From Alphaproteobacteria bacterium (GTDB lineage Bacteria; Pseudomonadota; Alphaproteobacteria; CAAHEQ01; UBA3637), in assembly GCA_017466695.1 (NCBI GenBank), contig JAFTTR010000002.1, positions 4,604 to 68,603 on the forward strand: a stretch of DNA of 64,000 nt, given 5' to 3'. Made by a program: the position numbers and the translations under genes. Below are positions 29,573 through 38,880 of the stretch, piece after piece (position 1 is the stretch's first letter; the number at the start of each line of letters is the position of its first letter). The notes below the pieces were generated by a model. It made no database searches, had not been told where the DNA came from, and worked only from the letters and a program-made list of their open reading frames with translations.

Positions 29573-31813
29573 ATGAGGTATTCAAACACAGCTCTTAAAG
29601 AACTTTCAAAACGATATCGTCATGTTTTGATTAAATGTGCCATGCTTAATGCTGCTGCTTTAATCGCTTTTGCAACACCTGCTATGGCTGATTCAATCAA
29701 CTATAAGGATGGGTCAACATATGAAGTAAAAACAGATTTTACTCTTCAAAATACAGCAGGGAAAAGTTATTCTCTTTTGGTTCAATCTCCATCTACAGGT
29801 ACGAATGGAAATTATGACGGTACTCAATTTTCTGTTGTTGAAGCCAAAAACGTTGATATTAAGATGGTTGGTGGAAATTTAGATTCTGCAGCTATTTGGG
29901 TTCAAACAAGATCAGCTTTTTCTACTCTTCCTAATGATCACTCACGTGTTGATATCACTGCCGACAATATTAACATTTCAGCCACAGACTCAAATGCTCT
30001 TATTGCAATGAGTAATGGTGTCATTGATTTAGATGGGAACACAGTTCTCTCAGGTGGCAATATAATCCTTGCTCGTGGGTATGCTCAAGTGAATATCAAT
30101 GCTGACAATACAGATAAAACAGCCCAATTAACTGGGAACATTGATTTTAACTATGAGAAAAAAACAAGTAATAGTACAGTTGACGCAGCAATCAATATCA
30201 ATTTGAACGGCGCTAACTCATTTTGGAAAGGGAATACTCTTGTTTCTTGGGATAATGGTATAGCTCCTGATGATCAAACAAAATTAACTGTATCAAAAGC
30301 TTCTGTCACATTAAATGACGGTGCTCTCTGGGAAGCTACAACAATTTCTCGTCCCGATGGTAAAAAAGATTATTACCAAATTGCTCTTAATAATTTAACT
30401 GTTAATAAAGGTACAATTAACGTAGCTTCTGGTGCAACTGCTATGGTTGAAAAAGCAACTATTAAGGGTGATTTAACCTTGAATGGAACACTCACAACTG
30501 TTGAAGGTCACACTGTTACATTTGAAAATGGTTCAACGCTTACAACAACTCTTGATTCTTCAACAGTCAAATTTGATGGGGATGGTAAAGTTGCAGGTAC
30601 AATTAATTTAACCTCTCTTTCAGCTGGGACATATGCCTTTATGGGTGAAAATGTTGATCATTCATCTTTGTCATTTGCTGATAATGCCTTATATGATATT
30701 GCTCTTGATGGGGATAATCTTGTTGTTACAACAAAAGCTGCCGACAGCATTGCTGAAGAAACAGGTGCTTCTCAACAAGAAACATCAGCATTGGTTGCTA
30801 TGGTTGCAGCTGATGGTACAGGCACAGAAAAAGGGCAACTCGTTGCAGCTGCTCTTTCTGAAGCTATGCAATCTGGTAATTCAGCTGTTGCTGTTGAAGC
30901 TGCCAAACAAGCTGCTCCAACAACTGCTCAAGTTGTCGTTGGCGTTGCAAAAGAAGCGGCTAACACGGTTGCAAAACTTTCAACAAACCGTTTAGACGGT
31001 CTTAAAGGTCGTGCTGGTGGGGATGTGTTAGAAGGTGCTGGTCTTTGGATGCAAGCTCTTTATAACCACACAAAACAAGATTCAACAAGCACAAGTGATG
31101 GATTTAAAGCCAACTCACGTGGTCTTGCTATCGGTGTTGATAAAGAAGTTACAGACACAACCGTTCTTGGTATTGGATATGGTTATATGAATACTGATGT
31201 TGATTCTTATGGTCGTGATTTAGAAGTTGATGGTCATAACTTCTTCGTCTATGGTAAATATCAACCAAGCAAATGGTATGTCAGCTCTGTTTTGAATTAC
31301 AACTATTCAAGATATACTGAAAAGAAAACACCTCTTGGCATTTCATTGCGCAGTGAATATGATGTTAACTCCTATGGCGCTCAACTTATGACTGGATATG
31401 ATATGGACAATGGTATCACACCTGAAGTTGGACTTCGCTACTTAGTTGTGGATGCTGATTCATATAATGATGGTATGCAACGTGTTCGCTCTGATAAAGA
31501 TGATGTCTTAACAGCTGTCGCTGGTATCAAATACAGCACAGATATCAAATCTGATGGTATTGTCTTTAAACCAACAGCTCGTTTAGCAGCAACATATGAT
31601 GTTGTTAGCGACAACTCTCGCGCTAACGTTTCCGTCATTGGAGGAAACAGCTATTCAGTTGATGGAGAACGTTTACATCGCTTTGGCGTTGAAGCTGGCG
31701 CAGGTGTAACAGCCTCTGTTGACAACATTGATATCACATTAGAATATACTGGCGCTTTCCGTCAAGACTACAAGTCTCAAGGTGGTATGTTAAGGGCTAG
31801 ATATAATTTCTAA
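29573..31813 (+). CDS. Autotransporter (type Va) outer-membrane protein
   Basis: Extended signal peptide, beta-rich passenger, beta-barrel ending in ARYNF. Confidence 0.9.
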   Translation: MRYSNTALKELSKRYRHVLIKCAMLNAAALIAFATPAMADSINYKDGSTYEVKTDFTLQNTAGKSYSLLVQSPSTGTNGNYDGTQFSVVEAKNVDIKMVGGNLDSAAIWVQTRSAFSTLPNDHSRVDITADNINISATDSNALIAMSNGVIDLDGNTVLSGGNIILARGYAQVNINADNTDKTAQLTGNIDFNYEKKTSNSTVDAAININLNGANSFWKGNTLVSWDNGIAPDDQTKLTVSKASVTLNDGALWEATTISRPDGKKDYYQIALNNLTVNKGTINVASGATAMVEKATIKGDLTLNGTLTTVEGHTVTFENGSTLTTTLDSSTVKFDGDGKVAGTINLTSLSAGTYAFMGENVDHSSLSFADNALYDIALDGDNLVVTTKAADSIAEETGASQQETSALVAMVAADGTGTEKGQLVAAALSEAMQSGNSAVAVEAAKQAAPTTAQVVVGVAKEAANTVAKLSTNRLDGLKGRAGGDVLEGAGLWMQALYNHTKQDSTSTSDGFKANSRGLAIGVDKEVTDTTVLGIGYGYMNTDVDSYGRDLEVDGHNFFVYGKYQPSKWYVSSVLNYNYSRYTEKKTPLGISLRSEYDVNSYGAQLMTGYDMDNGITPEVGLRYLVVDADSYNDGMQRVRSDKDDVLTAVAGIKYSTDIKSDGIVFKPTARLAATYDVVSDNSRANVSVIGGNSYSVDGERLHRFGVEAGAGVTASVDNIDITLEYTGAFRQDYKSQGGMLRARYNF

Positions 31814-31902
31814 TTTTAAATACTGTACAATAAAAAGCTCTCAGATTTCTGGGAGCTTTTTTTTATAAATCAAATCAGAAAAGTATTCATCTTGGTTACA
31901 AC

Positions 31903-32334
31903 TTAATAAATAGGTCTTAATCGCCCTGTCGCATCAAGTTCTATCCCTCTATTTCTCAGGCTTTGTTTGCCTGCTTCATCATACGTGTAAAAATAAACAA
32001 GTTCTCGCTCATTGATTGTATTTGCATCAATGGCTGCTTCTGGAATTCCCCAAATAATTGAAATTGGCCACGTTATCAGATTTAAAAAACCATACAGATA
32101 ATGATTTTTTTCAGCCCCTTCCCCACTGGCTAAATAAAAATTACCAATCCCAGGGAGAAGATTTAATCCTCCTGCAGCTCCAGCACTGGCAGGTGCTTCC
32201 CATGGGCCTACAGGTTTTTCAACCGTAATTCCTTGAGATTTCAATGATCGAACAGCTGTTTTTTCTGTATATGATAATGAACTACACCCAGATAAAAGCA
32301 CCAATGCCATAAATAAAGAAGAAAATTTTTTCAT
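31903..32334 (-). CDS. Lipoprotein with TM2-like segment
   Basis: Lipobox LSGC; NLLPGIGNFYL. Confidence 0.75.
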   Translation of the reverse strand: MKKFSSLFMALVLLSGCSSLSYTEKTAVRSLKSQGITVEKPVGPWEAPASAGAAGGLNLLPGIGNFYLASGEGAEKNHYLYGFLNLITWPISIIWGIPEAAIDANTINERELVYFYTYDEAGKQSLRNRGIELDATGRLRPIY

Positions 32335-32359
32335 TTGAACAACCTTTCATTTTATAAAA

Positions 32360-32560
32360 AAAACGAGGCCCACCAAAAAAAAGGTGGGCGGATGTTCAAA
32401 AACCGTATCTCAATAAACGGTCTCGACTTATTTGGCGAGGCCTTATTCGTCGACATCCGTCCATGGCCGGAGCCGACATTATTTTAAAGTCGTTGTCAAA
32501 CGACTATTGAGATATAGGGTTTTTGAAGACCCAGATAAACATCTTCTTTCGTTTATCCAT
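32360..32560 (-). ncRNA. Structured leader RNA, copy A (tentatively C4/CI-like)
   Basis: Homologous to 41565-41775 with compensatory changes; promoter TTGCAA-17-TAACGT upstream on the minus strand. Confidence 0.7.
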
Positions 32561-32802
32561 TTTTAACGTTAGCATACAATTATATGATTTGCAAGTGGTT
32601 TATTTCAAGATTGTCTCTTTTGAATAAACTGTGTTCACCTTTCTCTCAAATCAAAAACATTAGATAAAAATCTCTTATCTGTTGGGTGCTTTAAAATGAG
32701 GCAAGTTATAAATAGACAAAAGGCAATTCACTAAACGTATGGTACTTTACTGTACTTAAAGTTTAGTGAATCGCCCCTAGATACTGGTAATTGTGTAACT
32801 TA

Positions 32803-33249
32803 TTACTTCCTCGTCACAATAAAAATAAGTCCTTTTTCAACGCCGGTGATTAAAACCTTTTCACCTGCTTTTAAGTCTTCATTTGTAACAGCAAGCCAAA
32901 CGCTATCACCCACTTTGACTTTTGATTTCCCATCAACTGTATCTTGTGTTAATGTTGCAACTTGCCCCACATATTGAGCAGCCAAATCATTCAAGTTTTT
33001 GTAATCTTTCACTCCTTTGAAGTGATTTTCAGCTTTTTTGTAAAGATACATGCCTGAAAGTGTCGCTAAACATGAAAAAACTGAAAAAGCAACCAATTGC
33101 ATTGTAACTGTGTCTGGAATAAGAACCATATAAACACCCCATGAAACAGCAAGTGCTGCAATCCCAAACCAAATCAAATATACCCCTGGAACAAATAATT
33201 CAAATAAAATTAAAATTAAACCCAGAGCACTCCATTCTAAATATGACAT
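32803..33249 (-). CDS. NfeD-family membrane protein (YbbJ-like)
   Basis: FELFVPGVYLIWFG; VKVGDSVW; adjacent to an SPFH gene. Confidence 0.9.
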   Translation of the reverse strand: MSYLEWSALGLILILFELFVPGVYLIWFGIAALAVSWGVYMVLIPDTVTMQLVAFSVFSCLATLSGMYLYKKAENHFKGVKDYKNLNDLAAQYVGQVATLTQDTVDGKSKVKVGDSVWLAVTNEDLKAGEKVLITGVEKGLIFIVTRK

Positions 33250-33252
33250 TTT

Positions 33253-34176
33253 TTATCCTTTCTTTCCATTCGTACCTAATACGTCTTTGGCAATTTCAGC
33301 AATACCAGCTATTGAATTCATCACATTTTGTGTTTCAAGTGGCATCATAATTAATTTTTGATTTGGAGAAACAGCAATCCCTTGTAAGGCTTCAATATAT
33401 TTTTGACCTAAGAAGTAATTAATTGCATTGATATTCCCTTTTTTGATTGCTTCAGAAACAATTGCTGTTGCTGTTGCTTCTGCTTGGGCAATACGTTCCC
33501 TTGCCTCAGCTTCTCTAAAGGCAGCTTCTTTTTTACCTTCAGCTTCCAAAATAAGAGCTTGCTTTTCACCCTCAGCTTTTAAAATTTCAGCTTGGCGAAG
33601 ACCTTCAGCATCCAAAATATTAGCACGTTTTTCACGTTCTGCTTTCATTTGACGAGCCATAGCATCAATTAAATCGTGTGGTGGATTGATATCTTTAATT
33701 TCAACACGTGTTACTTTAACACCCCATGGAACGGTAGCTTCATCAACCACAGCCAACAACTTATGGTTAATGACATCACGTTGTGAAAGTAAATCGTCAA
33801 TATCCATAGCACCAATAACTGTACGAATATTTGTAACAACAAGGTTTGAAATGGCTAATTGCAAATTCCCAACTTGGTAAGCTGCCGAAACAGTATCTTG
33901 AATTTGATAGAATAAAACAGCATCTACACGAACCATGGCATTATCTTTTGTAATTGCCTCTTGTGTTGGAACATCTAACACTTGTTCCATACGGCTCACT
34001 TTTGCCCCTACTTTTTCAATCACAGGGATTAAAATATGAAACCCTGGGCGTAATGTACGCACATATCTACCAAAGTTTTCAACCGTATATTCATACCCTT
34101 GTTTGACAATCACAATACTCTTCATAATTGCAATAATGACAACAGCTGCCAATATGAGTAATATATTTGTTAGCAT
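33253..34176 (-). CDS. qmcA: SPFH/stomatin-family protein
   Basis: [34 protein letters not shown]. Confidence 0.93.
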   Translation of the reverse strand: MLTNILLILAAVVIIAIMKSIVIVKQGYEYTVENFGRYVRTLRPGFHILIPVIEKVGAKVSRMEQVLDVPTQEAITKDNAMVRVDAVLFYQIQDTVSAAYQVGNLQLAISNLVVTNIRTVIGAMDIDDLLSQRDVINHKLLAVVDEATVPWGVKVTRVEIKDINPPHDLIDAMARQMKAEREKRANILDAEGLRQAEILKAEGEKQALILEAEGKKEAAFREAEARERIAQAEATATAIVSEAIKKGNINAINYFLGQKYIEALQGIAVSPNQKLIMMPLETQNVMNSIAGIAEIAKDVLGTNGKKG

Positions 34177-34191
34177 TTATCTCTCCTTTTT

Positions 34192-34614
34192 TTATTTATT
34201 TTTAAGACGGACAAGATAAGGTTTGTAAATCTTATCTCGGCTCAATGTATGCCCCAAAAACCAAGCCTGCAAGAAATCAGCAGCTTCTGTTGAAACTTTT
34301 TCCTTCTCAAACTTGGTTGTGGCTTTGTGAAAATTAACCCTCAACCCTGAAATATTTTTAATAAAGGCATGATGGCTCTTTTCATGCGCAGGCATATCCG
34401 GAAAACCGACCTGCTTCATAATATTTTCTTCTTCTGGAAAGTGATTTCTAGCATAATCGTAGCACTTTTCAAACACATTATCCATTGAAGAAAGCTCTTT
34501 CGAAGCGCTATAAACATAGGCCTCATTAACTATTTTGATAAAATCTTTATGGGCCTTATCAAGTGGTTCATACCCCACTTCCATATTTTTCGACCATTTA
34601 ACCCTTTTTTGCAT
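34192..34614 (-). CDS. Bacteriohemerythrin
   Basis: W..MEVG..LDKAH, HFPEEE, HEKSH, WFLGHT..D. Confidence 0.88.
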   Translation of the reverse strand: MQKRVKWSKNMEVGYEPLDKAHKDFIKIVNEAYVYSASKELSSMDNVFEKCYDYARNHFPEEENIMKQVGFPDMPAHEKSHHAFIKNISGLRVNFHKATTKFEKEKVSTEAADFLQAWFLGHTLSRDKIYKPYLVRLKNK

Positions 34615-34634
34615 ACCCCCATCTCCTTTTTTAT

Positions 34635-35738
34635 CTATACATTAAATAAAAAGTGAACAACATCTCCATCCGTCATTACATATGTTTTTCCTTCTTGGCG
34701 AAGTTTTCCATTCTCTCTTGCGCCAACTTCCCCATTGAAGGCAACATAATCATTGTATCCAATAACTTCGGCTCGAATAAAGCCACGTTCAAAATCTGTA
34801 TGAATAATTCCAGCAGCCTGTGGTGCAAGTGTACCTTTTCGCATCGTCCAAGCATGCACTTCCTTTGGACCACTCGTAAAGAACGTTTCAAGACCTAACA
34901 ATTTGTAGCCTGCTTTGATAATCCGATTCAAACCAGTTTCAGACAACCCAAGTGTTTCCAAAAATTCTTTTTGTTCAGCTTCATCTGTAAGCCCAGCCAC
35001 TTCAGCTTCAATAGCAGCTGAAATAATCACACTTGAATTCCCTTGTGCTTTTGCCATTTCCTCCACTTTTTGAGAATATTCATTCCCTGTTGAAGCGCTT
35101 GCTTCATCCACATTACACACATATAAAACAGGTTTTCCCGTCAAAAGGGCTAATTGGTTAAAAATCTTCATCTCTTCTGGAGAATTTGGTTTGGCAAGAC
35201 GAGCTGGTTTACCTTCTCTTAACATATCTAAAACAGGAGCCATAACAGCAACGTGTATCTTAGCCTCTTTATCCCCTGTTTGGGCTTTTTTTTGCAATGG
35301 AATAATGCGCTTTTCAAGACTTTCTAAATCAGCTAACATTAATTCTGTTTCAACCGTTTCAGCATCTCTGATAGGATCAATTGACCCTTCCACGTGAACA
35401 ATATTTCCATCATCAAAACAACGAAGCACATGAATAATAGCATCCACCTCACGAATATTTGCTAAGAACTGGTTTCCCAGCCCCTCCCCTTTAGAAGCCC
35501 CACGTACAAGCCCTGCAATATCCACAAATTCTAGCTGAGTTGGAATAATTTTTTGTGAATTATCAATTTTGCTTAATACTTCAAGTCTTGCATCTGGCAC
35601 AGCCACACGCCCGACATTTGGTTCAATTGTACAAAAAGGATAGTTGGCAGCTTGCGCTTGAACAGTTGATGTTAATGCATTAAACAAAGTAGACTTTCCA
35701 ACATTTGGTAACCCAACAATCCCACAATTAAAACCCAT
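34635..35738 (-). CDS. ychF: Redox-regulated ATPase YchF
   Basis: GIVGLPNVGKSTLFN, NYPFCTIEPN, DFERGFIRAE. Confidence 0.98.
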   Translation of the reverse strand: MGFNCGIVGLPNVGKSTLFNALTSTVQAQAANYPFCTIEPNVGRVAVPDARLEVLSKIDNSQKIIPTQLEFVDIAGLVRGASKGEGLGNQFLANIREVDAIIHVLRCFDDGNIVHVEGSIDPIRDAETVETELMLADLESLEKRIIPLQKKAQTGDKEAKIHVAVMAPVLDMLREGKPARLAKPNSPEEMKIFNQLALLTGKPVLYVCNVDEASASTGNEYSQKVEEMAKAQGNSSVIISAAIEAEVAGLTDEAEQKEFLETLGLSETGLNRIIKAGYKLLGLETFFTSGPKEVHAWTMRKGTLAPQAAGIIHTDFERGFIRAEVIGYNDYVAFNGEVGARENGKLRQEGKTYVMTDGDVVHFLFNV

Positions 35739-35741
35739 TTT

Positions 35742-36311
35742 CTAATCCTTTAATTCTATCACAAGTTTATTTAAAAAATTCTCTAAATCTCCTTTTACCA
35801 CGAGTGGCACATACTTTGCAATACCCTCAAACGTTTTTTCAAGAGTTTTTTTATCTGCCTGAGAAAAAGAAGACAACACCCAATTCACAACTTCTTCTTT
35901 TGTTTTGGGTTTTGACACACCAATTCGCACACGAACATAGTTGTTTCCTAAGTGAGCATCAATACTTTTGAGCCCATTGTGGCCACCAGAGCCCCCCCCT
36001 CTTTTAACTTTAATTCGCCCAACATCTAAATCCATATCATCGTGAAAGACAACAACATTTTGAATTGGTATTTTATAAAAAGAACAAACACTTAAAACTG
36101 ATTCACCTGACAAATTCATATATGTCTCAGGTTTTAAAATCATAACCTTTTCCCCTTCAATAGCACCTTCTGCAATTTGACCTTTAAATTTAGATTTAAA
36201 TGGGGAAAATAAATAGCGGTGAACAATTTCGTCCACCGCCATGAAACCTGCATTGTGGCGAGTTTGTGCATATTCTTTTCCAGGATTTCCCAAACCAACC
36301 AACAATATCAT
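35742..36311 (-). CDS. pth: Peptidyl-tRNA hydrolase
   Basis: VGLGNPG, TRHNAGF, GGHNGLKS. Confidence 0.98.
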   Translation of the reverse strand: MILLVGLGNPGKEYAQTRHNAGFMAVDEIVHRYLFSPFKSKFKGQIAEGAIEGEKVMILKPETYMNLSGESVLSVCSFYKIPIQNVVVFHDDMDLDVGRIKVKRGGGSGGHNGLKSIDAHLGNNYVRVRIGVSKPKTKEEVVNWVLSSFSQADKKTLEKTFEGIAKYVPLVVKGDLENFLNKLVIELKD

Positions 36312-36316
36312 GCGAA

Positions 36317-36904
36317 TTAGCCTTGTGCAGCTTCGTCTGTTGAAGATTGCCCAGCAACGATTGTTGCAACTGTGAAATCTTCTGTTGCAGTTAATTTAAC
36401 ACCAGCTGGCATTTCAATTGAAAATGCTGTAATGGATTGACCCATTTGAGCTGTTGCCAAATCAACAACGAATGCATCAGGGATACTGTCTGCTTTACAT
36501 TTGACAGTTAAAGTTCTGTGAACAATGTTCAAAACACCACCCAATTTGATTCCTGGGCATGTTGCTTCGTTTTCAAAACGCAATGGAACATCAATTGTTA
36601 ATTCAGAATCTTTTGAAATACGCAAGAAGTCTGCGTGAACAGGACGCAATGAAACTGGGTGTTTTTGAATGTCTTGGCAAAGAACAAGATGACTTGCACC
36701 GTCAACTGTAATTTCATATTGACGTGTCCAAAGACCTTTTTTACCCATTTCAGCAACTAATACTTTTTCTTCCAAAGCAATCATCAAAGGTTCTTTTTTA
36801 TCACCATAAATAACGGCAGGAACGAACCCTTCACGACGTTTTGCGCGAGAGGCCCCCTTACCAGCTTTTTCACGTTTAATAGCATTTAATTGTGTTACTT
36901 TCAT
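36317..36904 (-). CDS. rplY: 50S ribosomal protein L25/Ctc
   Basis: GKGASRAKRREGFVPAVIYG, HADFLR; start at MKVTQ. Confidence 0.97.
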   Translation of the reverse strand: MKVTQLNAIKREKAGKGASRAKRREGFVPAVIYGDKKEPLMIALEEKVLVAEMGKKGLWTRQYEITVDGASHLVLCQDIQKHPVSLRPVHADFLRISKDSELTIDVPLRFENEATCPGIKLGGVLNIVHRTLTVKCKADSIPDAFVVDLATAQMGQSITAFSIEMPAGVKLTATEDFTVATIVAGQSSTDEAAQG

Positions 36905-37146
36905 AATTTTATCCTTTAATTTAAGTGTTAAAAAAGACAATCCTCCAGGGGTGAATTTGTCTTTTACTTATAATTTTTTATAAGCTCGTATTTTATACAC
37001 TTTTTTTAACTAAAATGCAATAACTTTTTTATAAAAATATGTTATTTTATTTTGTTAACAAAATATTAACAATTTATTTGAAAAAGTTGAAAAAATATGA
37101 TATACTGCCCTCACCTTTTGAAATTGGTTATACTTTGGAGAAAAAA

Positions 37147-38877
37147 ATGCAACAAAGTTACACAAAATTAACGCTTCTTGGTGGAAATAACAGAGCACGC
37201 ATTGGGGCAAGCTCTAACTTGATTGAACACATAAATGAAAAGGGTCAAAAAACAAGAATCTTAATTGATTTAGGAGTATTATTCCCTAATGGTGATTTTT
37301 CAAACTCCGTTTTTGTTCCAGATGTAATTAAATATCTTGGGTATAATCCAATTAAAAACCAAACAAATCAAGCTCTAAAAGCTTATCACAGCATGAAAGG
37401 TGGAAAAAAAACACCACAAATTGACGCCCTTCTTTTAACCCATATGCATGAAGATCATATTGGGGGCATTGTCAACTTGTTAAAAGCTGGCTTTATTTTC
37501 CCAAGCATCTACGCTTCAAAAGAAACGCTTTTAGTTTTGGGGCGTATTTTGGTTGAAGAAGGTGTTCCAGAAATGCCTGAAATGTATCCCATTAATAAAA
37601 GTTTTCAAATTTCAAAAGATATGGTTGTAACGCCCTTTCCAGTTTCACACACAACAGTTGGTTCTCTTGGATATCACATTTTAACAAAATTTAATAATCA
37701 AAACCATGTTGGCCTAATGCATATGGGGGATTTTAATTTATCTGATGTTTTAATTGGCAAAGGATATCAACAAGACGAATTTAACACTCTTTTAAACTCC
37801 TTATATGTAACTCATGTTTTAACAGATTCTACCTCTGTTTCAAATAAACAAAATCAAGAGCTTACATTTAAAGAAACAACCAATAATTGGTCCCAATTGA
37901 TGAAAGAAAACAACAAACGTATCCTTAGCGCCGTTATTTCCAGAAGTACACAAAATATGGCTCCCATTTTAACAGCTGCCAAGCAAACTGGTCGAAAAGT
38001 ATTTATTGATGGCTTTATGCAACGCCTTGTTTATGATGAAATGCAAAAAGCTGGTGTTTTGGATGATTTTGAAGGGACCGTTTTTAATCACAGAAACATC
38101 CAAGAAGCAAATTTAAGCGATTTTATTACCTCTTTTAGTCCTCAAAAACAGGTTATTATTTTCTCTGGTGCTTTTGCAGAAGGTCTGCATAGCAATTCAG
38201 ATATGCTTTCTGGACTTGTTCGTGTCGCAAAAAAATCCCACAAATCTTTTTTATTAGATAGCACTTCATTAATTGCCTTGTCCCAAAGAGCTATTCCAGT
38301 TGATGATATTCACAAAAATATGAAAGAAATGTCTCTTCTTTTAGCTGAACAAAACAAAGGCCAACTAATTCAAAATCAAACAAGTGATGCACTTTCACTT
38401 GGCGAGTATCCAATGCTTCCTCTTCAAAGAACGGGGCATGCAACGTTTAAAGAAACAATCCTCATTTTAAACAGCATTAAACATCACCGTTCTAATTTTG
38501 AAGATAATTTAACAATTATCCCTGTTCATGGGGATGATAATCAACTTAAAAGCACAGCAAAATGCGCTAAAATCATTAAAGCAAACCACATCACCACATT
38601 AAACGGAACAGATATTTTATTATCACCTGATGGTTTTACTTCTCTGACCCTTCAAAATCATCCTCAACAGTGGCTTGGTTTTAAAAATGATACTTTTTTC
38701 AAGGATACGGCTTTTTCAATTGATTTGGTTCAAGAAAATCAAGTCTCTGCCCAAAAAGTTGAATATAAAAAGATTTTTAACCTTGGAGGTGGAACTCTTC
38801 AAATCAGCGCAAATAAGAACAAGCTCGCACTTTTAAATTACATGCGAGCTGCTCTTGACAGACGTGTTAAAAATTAA
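37147..38877 (+). CDS. Divergent RNase J-like metallo-beta-lactamase/beta-CASP nuclease
   Basis: THMHEDHIGG, SHT, HMGDF, DSTS, TGHA, PVHGD. Confidence 0.8.
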   Translation: MQQSYTKLTLLGGNNRARIGASSNLIEHINEKGQKTRILIDLGVLFPNGDFSNSVFVPDVIKYLGYNPIKNQTNQALKAYHSMKGGKKTPQIDALLLTHMHEDHIGGIVNLLKAGFIFPSIYASKETLLVLGRILVEEGVPEMPEMYPINKSFQISKDMVVTPFPVSHTTVGSLGYHILTKFNNQNHVGLMHMGDFNLSDVLIGKGYQQDEFNTLLNSLYVTHVLTDSTSVSNKQNQELTFKETTNNWSQLMKENNKRILSAVISRSTQNMAPILTAAKQTGRKVFIDGFMQRLVYDEMQKAGVLDDFEGTVFNHRNIQEANLSDFITSFSPQKQVIIFSGAFAEGLHSNSDMLSGLVRVAKKSHKSFLLDSTSLIALSQRAIPVDDIHKNMKEMSLLLAEQNKGQLIQNQTSDALSLGEYPMLPLQRTGHATFKETILILNSIKHHRSNFEDNLTIIPVHGDDNQLKSTAKCAKIIKANHITTLNGTDILLSPDGFTSLTLQNHPQQWLGFKNDTFFKDTAFSIDLVQENQVSAQKVEYKKIFNLGGGTLQISANKNKLALLNYMRAALDRRVKN

Positions 38878-38880
38878 TTT

